A DNA stretch of 63,318 nucleotides, the filler included, from Folioceros fuciformis (Eukaryota): assembly GCA_049999805.1 (NCBI GenBank). It is 5 parts of 5 records of this genome, joined end to end, with 100 filler letters (N's around TTAATTAATTAA, not from the genome) between each part and the next. Parts side by side here need not be neighbours in the genome. Positions count along the whole stretch, not along the records: positions 10,065 to 19,594 come from JBNGIO010005962.1; positions 19,695 to 49,961 come from JBNGIO010005963.1; 3 more parts are not named here. One strand, 5' to 3'. Positions 16,700 to 30,270 of this stretch are shown in pieces. The position numbers were made by a program, and so were the translations under genes. The stretch's first letter is position 1. Each line of letters begins with the position of its first letter. The notes below the pieces were generated by a model, which ran no database searches, had not been told where the DNA came from, and worked only from the letters and a program-made list of their open reading frames with translations.

Positions 16700-19594
16700 C
16701 AATGCAATAGGTGGTAGTGGAACAAGGACGACCCGGCCAGTATAAAACCCTAGGTGAGTCAGAAGGGTTTAGTCACGATTCGAGCAGGAGCGTGACTGAG
16801 AAGTCGGGCAGTGGAAGTGGAAGTAGAGCGGAGTGCGACTTCGGCGAGGAGCGGGAGCAGGCGCAGCTGCAGCGGAGTAGAGTGAAAGAAGGGCAGTGGA
16901 CGATCGGGGCTGCAGGGAGGCAAAGCAAGATGAGGCGAGACAACATCGCGGCTCCGCCGGCGGGGGAGACAACGGCTGGAGAGGAGGACCAACCTCCCGT
17001 CCCGAGGGTGGAGCTAGCCTTCTAGCCAAACATGGAACACTGGCGGGTCAGAGCCGGAGGGCTGGTGGAGGAGCTAGGCCTCGGGTTCATGGCCCAGAGG
17101 TGGAACTCGCTGCCCCTGGACTAGTTCGAGAGTGCGCTCAGCGGTTGAGGGCGTCAGTCAGGGAGGAAGGAATTCGAGGAAGGCAGCAGGAATGGAACCT
17201 AGAGCTTATGCGGCGCGTGTATGGGCGCAATCAGGAGGAGGAAGGCAGACTCGTGCTGGAGTCCATGAAGAAGCGCACCACCGTAGCAACCGCCACGGCG
17301 CTGTTCAAGTCTGGCACCGGGAGAGAAGCCAACGGGTGGCTGATTCGGGATATGGCGACTGCCCAGCTGATGGGCCTGGTGAGGTGGTTTTATGTTTCTT
17401 GCAGATTGGGAAGCAAGACTACCTTTCTGACCAGATGCTCCTATTTGTGCATGAAGTCCTTAAGGGCAGTAGGGTGCACTAGGGTAGAATCCTATACGAC
17501 AGGATGAGTGAGGAGAGGCAGAACTTGGCCTCAGCCTCCCCTCGCCCTTCTATGATTTCTCCTTTCTTGGTGCATACATACTGTTATGCTAACCTCCTGC
17601 CTTAGGTTGAGGTGATTGCCTCCTTGCATATGTGGAAGCCGCTCAAGGGGGTGAAGTGGAAGCCCATGGAGCCGAGGGAAGCCGACTCCAGAAGCTGTGA
17701 GTCAGGAGGCAAGGACAAGTCAGAGGAGGAAGCCCCCACCAAGCAGAAGAGGAAGGTGGGGGCAAGGAGAAGAACTCATGCCAAGAGGAGGAGGACTAGT
17801 GGGCAGGTCACTAGAAGAGGAAGCGGGTCAGCATAGCAAGAAGCCGTCCAGGAGCAGACGGAGAAGGAACCAGAGGCACCTCAGGAACAGGTGCCAGAAG
17901 TGGAAACGGCCCCGTTTGAGGTAATGGCCAAATTAGGGCACGTTCTGGAATAGGAACCCTTCCCGGGATGGGCAGAAATTTATAGAAGGATTCCTCTGGT
18001 GGCCAGGTTGCAGACGAAGGACCTGAACAAGTTACGGGCGCTGCTGGGAAGGCGGATCTTGGACAGGAGGATGGCTCGTGTGGGGGAGTCACAGCAGATC
18101 GACCTGCCGCGCCTGACCTCAGTGATGGTGGAGGCCCAGGCAGATATGCTGGACCAGGCTGCCAGGGCACTAACCTGGATGAGCATGTAGGTGGAGAGGG
18201 AAGCTGAGGCCCAGGAGAAGGAAGCTGAAGCCCGAGAGAAGGAGGCCGAAGCCTGGAGGAAGCTGGCCGAGTCTGAAGCTGGCCGAGTCTGAAGCTGAAC
18301 GGCAGCATCTAGAGGAAGCCCGACAGGCCCTAAGCGTGGCCAAGGAACGAGTGGAGGAGGAAGTCTGTCAGACGAGGGAAGAGGTGTAGGCGCTGAAGGA
18401 GCAGCAGGAGACACTCCTAGCTCAGGTGAGGGAAGCCCATGGGACTAACCAAGAAATGCAACAGGAGTTAGTGAGGGCTTAGGAGCAGGAAGCAGCAGTG
18501 GTAGAGCAAGTGCAAAAGCTGGCCAACAGGTACAAGCGAGAGCGGGATGAGGCCCAGAATCGGGTGAAGGGAAAGGGCAAAGCCAGGCGAGGTAGCCGAG
18601 TGACAACGGAGGTAGCCGAAGGGGCTACCGGTAGAAGAGAGACAAAACCGGTAGAGGAAGCCCCGACCTCGGTAGCTGAAGGAGTGAATGTGGAGGCGCC
18701 TGTGACCTGACGCTCTAGAAGAGCAACCCGCACCAGGAGGATTGAGCAGGGAGGAGCAACAACTGGGGGAATGGAAGATCTTCCAGTACCCCTGGAGAGC
18801 AAAGGGCAGGCAGCCCGAAGTAGCCCACGGGAGGAGGGGTTAAGCGCTTCCTTTGCAACAAAGGGTCGGATTGTGTTGCTGTATGAGGAGGAGGCCACTT
18901 ATGTGCCTGGCCTCTATGTGGAAGGAGCTAGAGTTCTGAAAGTGTTTTTATATATGTGTGTGGGCTTAGGAGGGACGAGGGGCTACGGCCTGCAGCTAAG
19001 GACCCGCAAGGGGTCCCATTACTACCGCTGGTGGGTGTGGGGACTGCCTCATTGCTATTCAAAGGCAGTCCTGGTGGAGTTGACAGAGGAGGAGGCGCAG
19101 GCATGGGTTGAACGGGAGCCCCTCCTCATCCTCAGCAATCGGCGACGAGGGGAGGAGAGGAGTCCCCTACGACGAGACCCACCTGCGCCACCGCCAGCAG
19201 TGTCGAGCAGTAGTAGCAGTGAGGTGGAGATCCTTTGGGAGGGTCTGCCCGACCAACGGCGGGGAAGGAGAGCCAGAGGCAGGACAACGAGAGGAGGAGC
19301 GCGATGGCCAGGAGGGAGGCGAATGCGGCGAGGAGAGAGGCGATAATAAATGCACCTTAGAATAGTTTTTGTTTTAAGATGCTTTTGCTTGGACCTATGC
19401 CGCTCATAATTAGGAGCGCCTGCTGACCCCTGACCAGACTTAATGGCAGAAGAGGACCTGCCACCAGCGTGTACAAGAGGCCTGTTGGCGCCTCAGAAAG
19501 TAGCAAGCAAAATCGACATTTCGAACTTGAGGAAGCCTGGCGATGGCCGCTACTGGATAGGGAGATCCGGGCAGGCGAGTGCACATAGTGTTCC
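16700..19594 (+). mobile_element. Degenerate retroelement-associated ORF region (coiled-coil, Glu/Arg-rich)
   Basis: Broken ORFs (16896-17507, about 17990-18710 heptad-rich, 18771-19346) with several stops, between copia remnants. No recognisable host-gene motifs. Confidence 0.35.
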
Positions 19595-19693
19595 NNNNNN
19601 NNNNNNNNNNNNNNNNNNNNNNNNNNNNNNNNNNNNNNTTAATTAATTAANNNNNNNNNNNNNNNNNNNNNNNNNNNNNNNNNNNNNNNNNNN

Positions 19694-22600
19694 NCGTTCT
19701 GCGAAAGGGTTTTGTGATGGGGTATAGGGGACAGTTAACTGCCTAAGGATGCCTTTACGGTTGCAGAAAGACTGGAAGGCTTCGCTAGTGTACTCACCTG
19801 CATTGTCGGTGCGCAGGGTGCCGACTAAGAAACCGGTTTGGCGTTCTACGGTGGTGAGAAACTCTTGGAAGTAATCGAAGGCTTCACTCTTGTGTTTCAA
19901 AAAATAGATGTGAGTGTACCTACTCCACTCATCCATAAAAGTAAGGAAGTAAGAGTGTCCTCCGAAGGAGACTGTACTCATAGGACCGCAAATGTCAGAG
20001 TGGATGATTTCCAAAAGTCTTCTAGCCCTTGTAGGTTGAGGATCTGAGAAGGGAAGTTGATTCAGTTTAGTGTACTTACAAATTTCGCAGAAGAAATCTT
20101 GTGACACCTGGAGTTTAATTGGGTCTCTGTACATTGAGGGATTAGTAAGGGATTTTAGATACCTCGGGTTGATGTGACCGTCACGGCAGTGCCATAGCAG
20201 GGAGTTGGTTTTATTTTGTTCTGAAGAACTGTTTACCACAAGAGATGAGTGGGTTTGAATGTTGAGCAGATATAAATCATTGTAAGGTAGGCCATGAGCA
20301 AGGGCAATATGGTCAGGATCTTTGACATGGCTGATGGTACAGTGGTTACCGACAAATGTGATTACCAGGTCATGCTCGGTTGCTAACTTCCGAATTGACA
20401 GCAGGTTCTTTGTCATCGTCGGGACATGCAGAACTCCGTTGATGAGAAGGGTTTCTCCATTTGCAAGCCGCAACTTGATATCTCCTGACCCTTGAATGGG
20501 TAATGCACTGTCGTCTCCAAGTAGGACGTGCTAGTCAGATGTCACTTGGTGATATGTGTCGAACATATCGATACTACTACAAATATGCGTCGTGGCTCCT
20601 GAATCAAGGAACCATCGGTGTGGATCTGTTCTGGTAAGTGTAAGGCATACTGCCAATATGGAGCTTGCTGCGGGCTGCCTGTTGATGGTAGTGATATGTG
20701 ATTCATTCCTGGGATTGTCTCGACGAGGTTCGCCTGCCATCTTCTTACGGCACTCGTGTTCATAATGCCCGATAATTTTGCACCAGTTGCATGCTCCCTT
20801 CTGTAGTCTGTTTTGTTGTTGCCTCGGACCTGCATTAAAAGGGGGTCTCTGAGACTGACCAGCAGGTTTCCGTGAGGAGAAACTGCCAGGTCTGAAACCA
20901 CCCCGCCTTGCACCACGGCCTCGTGATGCAAACAGCACTTGATTGGCTCCGGTATTGGAATGTGAGGTGCCTATGCGGCTGGATTCTTCTTCGAGGAGGG
21001 CTGCAACAACTTCTGAAAGTGTGTAAGGTGCCGAAACTCCTGCTTGGGCTGCCTGTCGAAGCGCCGTGTTTTGAGAACTGACGAACGTTCTGTATGAGCC
21101 AGGCAATGAGGTTAGAAGAGTAACCGCTGCCTCCAATTCTGTGAGAGTAGTGCCGCTGGCGGCCAACTTGGCTCTTGCGGATCTGAACTTGTGTATGTGT
21201 TGCTCAACGCTGTCAGATTCTTTCATTCTCAATGAGTAGAATTGACGTGTTGCATTTACAAGTGACATTGAGCTTTGGGTTTGGAACATCTCGTTGAAGG
21301 TGTTCCAAATACCGTTAGAAGTTGCCTAGCCGTGTGTATGTTGTAGCATGTTCTTATCGATTGCTGAAATAAGGATGTTGCGGGCTCGTTTGTCGCTTTT
21401 CTCCCATGCTGCAATCTGGTCAGGAGTTGCAGGCGGAGTTGATGTTGTGGATGGCTTGGGACATGTGCCATCGACGATGCCCATAAGGTCGTGCTCCTCA
21501 AGCAAGGCTTGAATTCTAATTTGCCATATGTCGTAGTCGCTCCCTGTGAAGCGATCGCGGTCTTTGAATTCCACCTTTGTGGTGTTAAAGGTTAATGTTG
21601 GGTTGGCTGGAGTGCTGACAGGTTGATGATGCGTTGCCATTACGCGGCGGCGGTGCCTGGTGCTGCTGGCTTGTGTTGCTAGGGGATCGAAATCGAACAT
21701 ATGCTGCAAGGATCAACAGATTAGTGATCCAGGTAACCTANNNNNNNNNNNNNNNNNNNNNNNNNNNNNNNNNNNNNNNNNNNNNNNNNNNNNNNNNNNN
21801 NNNNNNNNNNNNNNNNNNNNNNNNNNNNNNNNNNNNNNNNNNNNNNNNNNNNNNNNNNNNNNNNNNNNNNNNNNNNNNNNNNNNNNNNNNNNNNNNNNNN
21901 NNNNNNNNNNNNNNNNNNNNNNNNNNNNNNNNNNNNNNNNGAGTGCTGACAAGTTGATGATGCGTTGCCATTACGCGGCGGCGGCGCATGGTGCTGCTGG
22001 CTTGTGTTGCTAGGGGATCGAAAGCGAACATATGCTGCAAGGATCAACAGATTAGTGATCCAGGTAACCTACTTGCGCTTACAGAAATTGTACAGTTCTC
22101 GGCAGAGGGCTTCCAGTTGCGACTCTATGCAGTTCAGCTGAATCTTTAGATACTCAGGACTTGCGACGACTATAGAAGGAAAGGGTGCCGTGTGGGAGCA
22201 GCCGTGAAGATGCGTAGGGTATGTGGAGAATTGCGCTTGAAAGTGAATCGAAACTGGTGGGCGTGGTGGTGCTGATGCAAGTCGCGACTGTGGAAGATGG
22301 GATGGTGTCCTGTGCGCGGCGGCTGAGCAATCGTTGCAAAATTTTGTGGCTTGTGGAGCAAGTCTGCCTTGTGGCGCGAAGCACGCTGGATGGCAGCGCC
22401 GAGGCATGCTGAAATCGGAATTTCAAGTCGGGGTGTTGCAGAGTACGCCGACCTTCATGTTGCGAGAAAGCCGGCGGGAGGCGACGCCAGGCGGCGATGA
22501 GCCGACCGGCTCTGATACCATGTAGATACGGTAATAGTAATAATCTCATATTAGAAAGGGGTATTAAGTGCCCTTATATAGGCTTACATAAAGCGGTTCG

Positions 22601-22733
22601 TAACTGCTGCTATATAACTGTTTTAATAAAACTACTTAAACTGCTTAAACTGATTTCTTATATTAGCCCTAGCGAAACGTGCCCTAAAACTCAAGTTTAC
22701 TGGTGTGTGTGTAAAAACGACTGCGCGTCAATA
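19694..22733 (-). mobile_element. Ty1/copia 5' half: LTR, PBS, upstream ORF, gag, protease, integrase
   Basis: LTR about 22733-22521 ending TCTACA, immediately followed by PBS TGGTATCAGAGC. Gag has CNWCKIIGHYEHEC; protease WFLDSGATTH; LWHCRDGH; integrase IHSDICGP...LRTDNAGEY...YTPSQN. Stops at 21326 and 20531; truncated by a gap. Confidence 0.93.
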
Positions 22734-24368
22734 ATCAGATCCCTATTACCAAGTTATCCCTCCATTGCAAGGAGTGAGGGATGATTGCTGCTCAGTTGCT
22801 TACCTCCAAGTTCTCAAAGCATCTTAAGACTTCGAAATTATGACAAGATCCAAAGTGTGGTATCAAGTTTGTAATGCATCTTAAAAATCTAATGTGAACA
22901 TGAGTACTTCTATGATTATCGGAGTTAATAGAAGACTTGGTAATTACTTGACAAAAATAAAATGGAAAGGTATCTACCCCAAAAGAAGTGAGTTATACCA
23001 CCAAAGGTAACTTGGGCGATCGGGAAAAATCCCTATTATGCCTAAGAACTACAAACAGTACCTAAGATATCGCCTTACAAAAGGAAGAAGGGTCTATCTA
23101 CCACTAAAGTTGCTAGAGTTGCTAACACCACCTCATCTGTCATTGTTGTCGTCCACATCTTCCAAGCATTGTGGTCGTTCATACACATGACGCCAATGGC
23201 GAAATCATGATCATTAGAGTTAATATCTATGTAAATCCTTATATGCTAACCTCCAGTAGTTACAACTTCTCTTAATCCTTTCATACCTACAAACGAAAAG
23301 TCTTTTTGAAGTCTTGCATCAAGGCGGTTCCCTCACAACATAAAAAATGGGCTTGGTCTTCCTGTTTCATATATTGTAGCATTTTCTCTCAACATGAAAA
23401 ATGGGCTTAGTCTTCCTCTTTCGTATATTGTAGCATTTTTTCGGCAAAGGGATTTTATTGCTCTACAAAGTGCATTGTTGACTAATGCGTTATATACAAG
23501 ACAACAACGTTGGCAAGAGAGGTGGCATCAAGCAACCCCAATGGTAGGTAGACCCTTTCAAACGACTCTCTTTGGCCAAAATCATGTGTTTGGAAAACCA
23601 TTGCTCCAAAGTAAGTGGTGAGGTTGCTTTGGAGCTCCCACCTCTTCTGTCTCTTGCTAAGTAGATAGCAGTTGTATCACAACTAGATAGCAGTTGTATC
23701 CAGGCCCAGAGTAATGATAAAAACCAAGGCCTCGCTATGGTGCATTTGGGAGTAGGTGTTCATTGCAAATAAAAGCCTTAAATTGACAACTTCAGCTTTC
23801 TCATATTCACGAACTACAATCAATGGAATCACACATGCCCACGAAGGAAATCTCTTTTCCAATAATACACGTTACTCCTATATGTGAAGGGGTCTTTGGC
23901 CCTCTTGAAGTTGTTCCTCATCAGTTGGGTAGACGAGATTTTTCATCTTCTTTTAATAATATATATCATTCGAGTCCACATACTTACAAATTACATACAT
24001 GCATATGTGCATATATTTCGATACAGCAGTAAGGGCGGATGTAATAGTCATGGGCTTTGGACTGAAAGACTGGTTCCTCCTTGGGCTATGCCTGAGGTGA
24101 TGGCAGCGCCTGGCGCATAGCAGGCACGGTGGCGTGGGTGCGATCGACTGTGGCCGTCAGATCTACAATTGTGTCATCCACATCTGGCAGTTTGTAGTTT
24201 GTTTCCCAATTCCTTTGCTTCCCGATTTCAGCCCCTTCGCGCTGCTACCGAGGTGGTCTGTCGCGGAATGCCATGCGTTTGGTTTCCATCTCCCGGTTTG
24301 TTGCCAGGCTTACACGCTGTTGAAAAATCCCGCCAATGGAATTGGAGCATGAGCATCCAGAGGCATCA

Positions 24369-27300
24369 ATGAGCAGCCCAACGATGGCAGCCAATAAAGT
24401 GGGCATGGGAGGAACAAGCAAACGAGAGGTTGGGTTATCTAGGCTGAGCTTGGTAGTCTCGCATAAGCAAAGGCCACAACAGCGGAAGCACCCAGAGCCC
24501 CTTCGTCGGGCAGTCGCGGACTGCCTCTCAGCTGGACCTCATGCTGCTGCCTCAGTTTTCTCATCTGAGGCTGTTCGTACCCTACAGGTAACGTCTGTAC
24601 TCCCGAATGTGTACGTAAATACATGTGGCCTGAATGGGACTCGTGGTAGAGCTAGATAGGGTGACCTGTACCTCTTGTTTGGCCTTGCCTGGCTGAACGC
24701 TGAAGAATTGCTCTCCAGGATTATCTTGCAACTCCAGGTTCCGTGGATTCTGCTTACATGGTTCTCCTGGAGCATGCTGTTGCAGAGCGAGATCGTAGGT
24801 TTGATTCCCTCGCCACGTTTTCTTGAGCTTCTTCGGTTTTCGTGGTTATTAATTCTGTTCTGGTGTTGAGGACCTTTTTGTTACTCACTGTGCATGCCCA
24901 TCTTTTGCAGTCCTCCTGTTATTCCCAAGTGCGTTGCCCTTCTCAAGAAATATCTTTTCAGGTAGGTTTCTTGTCAGCAGGCCATTGTCGTGTGTAATTG
25001 GATATGCCTCTCGGCTCATTTGGGACCTCGGCTAGTGCTTTATAACTTGTGATGTGCTTTTGGTGACAGATACATCCCTCATGATCCAACGCTGCAGCAG
25101 ATCGACAATTTCTGTGCAGGGCTGATTGCAGAGTTACAAGCCAGCAATGGAGAGCATTACCATTCCAGTCCAGTGCTGGAGGCCTCACTGGACGTGCCGC
25201 TTGGGAAGATATTGTCTGGGAGTCAAAAATCGACTTTGGCAAATGCAGCTCTTGTTAAGTCTCTCATCTATGTTCGGTCACTTGTTGCCCGGCATCTCCC
25301 TCGGTATTCCTTCCAGCCATCAAAGTACAGGAGCAGTTTTCCAGTCTTGGCAAAACCCCTTTCGCCTGCGTTGTCCTCTATTAGGAGCAGATCCTCCTAT
25401 GGTCCTAACAGGGGCGTCTCAGAAGGTCTGGAAGCAGCAAAGTCTGCAGCTATGACAGCGTTGGCATTAGAAGGGATTGATGCAGGACAGGATGATTTTC
25501 TGGCTGCTGATCTCCTGAAGTGGTGTTGGCTTGGCGGCAAAGGGCAGCAGGCCTGGGCACCCTCTCCAATCATGATGGGCAGGTAAGTGGACCTAAAGTC
25601 GTGCTCTGGTCATGGTTGTGAGCCTACTTTCTTGACAAGTTGCAAACTGAGCTGGTTGTGACACTGGTATGGCAGTGGAGGTATTGCAAGGCCGCAGGTT
25701 GAGCGTATGCAAAGTCTTACTGAGCAGGGAGCAGCTGCACTTTTTATGCATGGTTTTAGAAATGGCATAACTGATCGTGAAGCAAGCCATGGTGAGAAGA
25801 AGCACCGCAAAGATTTTGATCCGGAACAGCATCTAACAAGGTCATCTACTATGACCACAGTCGCTGACACAGCAGCTGCAAGGTCACATCAGCGTGCAAT
25901 TGCAGCTGCAAAGAGGGCGAATGGTCACGCCTCCACTCGGTGGTAGGTTGTACTGCGAACTGCTGTTGCCAAATTTGGTTCTCTTAAGCTGGTTATGCAT
26001 GTAGACTGTATGGGAGCCAGGATCCTCCAGTGCTTGTGTCATGGCAGCAGATTTTTGTAAGGCCTGATTAGCTCACATGATGCTCTCTTTCTGTGCACAT
26101 GGACTAATGTCTAGGAGCTTTATGATGTCGATGGTATTCAGGGATGGAGAGGTTAGTTCAACCACTCTGCGGGGACCAGTGAGCACCTTGCGCAGGCGTC
26201 CTCGGCCTCTTTTTCAGTATAGATATTACAGGTAGGCTGGACCTCTGAATCCTCTGTTGCATGTGGTGCGTGTATTGACAGGCACAACTATCTTTTAATA
26301 TGGGTGCCTTTTGCTCTTCTTGTAGCGCCTGACTGCAGATATGGTATGAACCTGGTCCAAAGTGAAGCTTTTTCTTTTATTGATGTGATAGCACGTGCCT
26401 GCATGAATTGGGAGATTCTTAGTCTTAAGTCCATCACGTGAAACTTTGTAGAGCTTGGAGTCTTATAGTCATACTCTCATGCATTTTGTATGTGGTGCGT
26501 GTATGTGTTCCCATCAGCGAGCAGCAGCCTCTCCGGCTTAGTGAGGCTGAAATGGAAGAAGTGATAACTGCTGTCTGTACTGATGCGACTGGCACGACGG
26601 GAATCGCATTGACAATTGGTCCAGCATTTGCAAACAACCAGGCAGGAAAGCCTGGAGTGGATGCTGCAAACGTTGCAGCAAGTGTTTTGATCAAGCTACT
26701 TATCAACATGTGGGTTGTTGAGGATCTAGGTTTCAGATTTGGTTCTAGCACATCTGCTTTGTTTTCTCCATGATTTTTGTGCTGATATATTGCACCTACA
26801 GGTACATGTCAGACTCTCGAACGGCAGCTCCTCTCACTTTGCTTGTTCTTCAGGTACAGTATGTGCATTATAACTTTGCATCATATTTTGTGGTTGCACT
26901 GTAATGTTGGTCTTTGTCAAATACGGATGGTTGTTACTCTTAGGGCATGCTTGGCTCTTCAGCTGTGGCAGTCCGGATTCGTGCATTTGATCTGGTGTTA
27001 AATCTCGGAGTCCATGCTCATCTATTGGAGCCTATGCCAAGTGAGGATACTGCGGTGGGAGGGGACATAGGCTCAACGTTGGGTAGTTCCTCCTTGAAGA
27101 TACCAAGGGTTGACCAGAATGGTTCTAGCGAAAGCCCTCTCTCAGGTGGAGTTTCAGAAGGCACAACGATGATGAAGGCTGAAGACAGGGCTGGACAAAG
27201 AACTCCTGCTGCTGTGAGACAGTTCGAAGCTTGGCTATTAGATATCCTGTGCGAGATGATGCTTTACCTTCGACAGGTAGTACCAAAATCGAGGGCACAG

Positions 27301-30270
27301 TATCTAGCCTTCTGCATCATGCTCTTTCTTTTGTCTGTTGCTTAAGCAGAGTTGTTGCACTCGGGCTTAGAATTGCGAACCCCTGTTTCAGTCTGAAGAA
27401 GTGGAAGAAGGAGTGTGGGCATCTGCGTTAAGCTGCCTGTTGTACTTGGTTTGTGATCGTGGGAGAATTCGACGGGAGCAGTTACAAGGAGTCGATATTA
27501 GGGTAAGCACTTACAAACATGACAGTAATTTCTTCTCTGTACCATTGATTTCTTTTTCTACTTAATCCAACTGCTGATGTTTATCTTTTATTGGACAGAG
27601 TCATTTACAAGCACAAGGTGTTGACTGGGCTCTTTGGTTATTCATGTGAGGCAGGTATTAAAATCCATGCTAGAAGTTAGCTGGGAGAATGCCTGGGCTG
27701 ACGAGATTCATAGCCGACTCGTCCAAGTTCTGACAAACATGTTGTATAAGCTGCCATCTAAGTCCGAAGCCTCAAGATCCAATCGACCCTCCTTTGACGT
27801 GGAGCAGCTAGACATCTTGGGTGGAATTGAGTTTGTTTGTGTTGAGGTCAATTCCAGTTTCCTTTCAATCGTCCACCAGTGTCACTGGTTTTCAATATGC
27901 ACAGCACCTTGGTAAATGCGTTGTTGCTGGTTGTCAGTGCTAGAGGAAGCCTTTCCTTCCGCATTGTGATTGTGCGGTTTTGTTTCTTACACGATGCGTA
28001 TTCTGTTTGGTTGCAGTTCGCAAGAGCAAAATCACCTGAGGCAAAGCGCAATCTATTTGCAGTAATTTTTGATTATGTCCTGCATGACTTGAATAACATG
28101 GGGAATATGGTTGGTAAACCAGTTCCAAGTATGGGGGAGATTCAGGCTGTGGCAACAGCCCTTGCACTGGCAGAAGCTCCCGAATGCATGGCTCTTGCGT
28201 TTAAGCAAGGGCTGCAAGGAATCGGAGTCAGCCTGGCAAAAGCAATTGAGACTGCAATGTCACGGGACATAACTAGCAACCGCCTCAATGGCATGGTATG
28301 ATGGAACCTGTGGGTGCTAGAAGCAGGACACATTGCTGTTTACTTGGAGGAGGGTGAAGTGTTCATTGCTATGCACTGAAGCTGAAATTCTTGCTAATAT
28401 GTAGCATCTGTGTTGTGCTTGGCAGTTGCTTGGTGACGTTGTTGGGTCACTCGATATGCTAGCAGCCACATATGCTCGTTTGGATGCGGAATTTCTTGAG
28501 CTAGTGCCTGCGACAATGGTAGCCGAAGGGCTCAACTTGGCTGCTGGTGGCTCCCTTGGGATTAGTAACAATTTTGATTTCGCCGTATTGTCCAAAGCAT
28601 GGGCAACTTTGCACACTCTCCTCCACTCTTCACAGCCATCATATCGTCATAATGGCTACTCTTGGTTGCTGGAGCTGCTGCTAGCAGAAATGGCCAAAGG
28701 AGGAGTTAAGCAACCAAGTAAGCTCAACACTTACGTTTTGTTGCGTCAGCTGGAAAGAAGCTCTCCGACTATTTCTCCCGCTGTGCGTCTTCTGTGTGGT
28801 CTATTAAAATCGAAGGAGCCACATATTCGCAGAGGTTTCATCATCATTTTCGAAAGACTTCTGCTGCATTGTCAGAAGCCAGGTTGGGACATTGAAGTAG
28901 TCTCGTCTAGCACAGTGGAAGGCGAGAATGACCAGGATGGTGGGAGGAATGCCAGAGCACAGGAGCAGGCAGTCGCTTTGCAAGGGCTTATCATTGGCGC
29001 TCTTTGGCAAGTGATCTCAGCAAGAGAAAAGGATTGCACAAACATTTTGCAGGTGGATGCCACTAGTGATCAGAGTTGCTCGTGCTTTCAATTTTGAACA
29101 ACTTGTGGACCATTCCCTGTTGTATAGGGCGAGCAGGGCAGGACATCTGCTATTTGATTTGTTACTTGCGTGGTTTTGCATGGGTGAGTATGTGTGTGAA
29201 ATATTGAATGATGTCATGTGTTGTGGTTGTAGATGTGCAACATGATGTTCTCTCAACTTTGTGTAATATGGCCACCACCATCGAGTTCACGTCGCGGAAG
29301 TTTCAGTGCGCAGCCATCGTTCTATGGTTCAACCCAGTTGGCTGACCCGAAGCAGGAAGTTTTTTTCTCAACTTTGAGCGAGAATGAGCAGCGACTAGGT
29401 GGGAGTGGTAGACGGGATGACGTGGGTGGCGCGGTAAAGAGTGGTACAAGCGGCAGTGGAACAAGTTCCTGGGCGTCAATGCTCCTTAGTGGACAAGCTG
29501 CTGTTCCTAAGCTCTTGCTGGCTAACATGCCTACACCACTCCTTTATTGGCCACTTACTGAGCTGCCTGAAGCAGCACCTGAGGATATTACGCTTGGGGT
29601 GGCTGTCGGAAGCAGGGGAGGAGGAAGTGTTCCAGGTGGTGCCAGTGATGTTAGGGCTGCCCTGCTCTTGTTGCTGATTGGTAAATGTACAGCATATCCA
29701 GCTGCATTGGATGAAGTTGGCGGTGAAAAGTTTTTCAGGTGGGAGAAGGTTTGGTGGTTGTGTTGTTTGGAACAGGTTTTGTGTTGCATCTTTCATAACT
29801 TCACCAGATAGACCATGTGGTTATCACCACAAATTAACTCTCATAATACTTGCGATCACCAGGTCATTGCTAGATGATGCAGATGCCCGTATAGCTTACT
29901 ACAGTGCCGCGTTTCTTCTGAAGGTGAGATAGGTGTGACGTTTTCTGAGCAGAAGTGTAAGATGCGATGGCAGAGTTTACATCAACCTTTCTGTGGGTTG
30001 TGTTGTGTTTATTCAGCGGATGATGAATGAAGATCCGGAGAATTATCAGCGTATGCTACACAATCTCGTCTACAAAGCTCAGCAGGTAGGCAAGGGCAAT
30101 TGCTGCGGTCTTGGATTAAGTTCACGGTATTGGTCGGCGAGCGTTGGTATTGAAGAGGGGCTAACGAGTGTGTGCACCTGGATGCACAGAGCAACAACGA
30201 AAAGCTTCTGGAGAATCCGTATTTGCAATTGCGTGGTATCTTTCAGGAAATTAGAAGCCAGCAACTATAA
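24369..30270 (+). CDS. CLoG1: CLoG1 (Conditional Loss-of-Growth 1)/AT3G12590-like conserved plant protein, 17 exons
   Basis: Exons 24369-24587, 24719-24798, 24911-24961, 25070-25582, 25676-25942, 26142-26231, 26518-26709, 26802-26853, 26944-27276, 27392-27502, 27655-27846, 28017-28295, 28426-29052, 29233-29738, 29863-29923, 30017-30085, 30190-30270. Family signatures recalled: PEPLRRAVADCLS, EHAVAERDRSP, RPLFQYRYYSEQQPLRL, RAFDLVLNLGVHAHLLEP, SNNEKLLENPYLQ. Alternative ATG 24336. Confidence 0.88.

Noticed and set aside
21611..22071. Duplicated copia segment on both sides of an N-gap (similarly 1210-1303)
   Set aside because: Most simply explained as unmerged overlapping contig ends.
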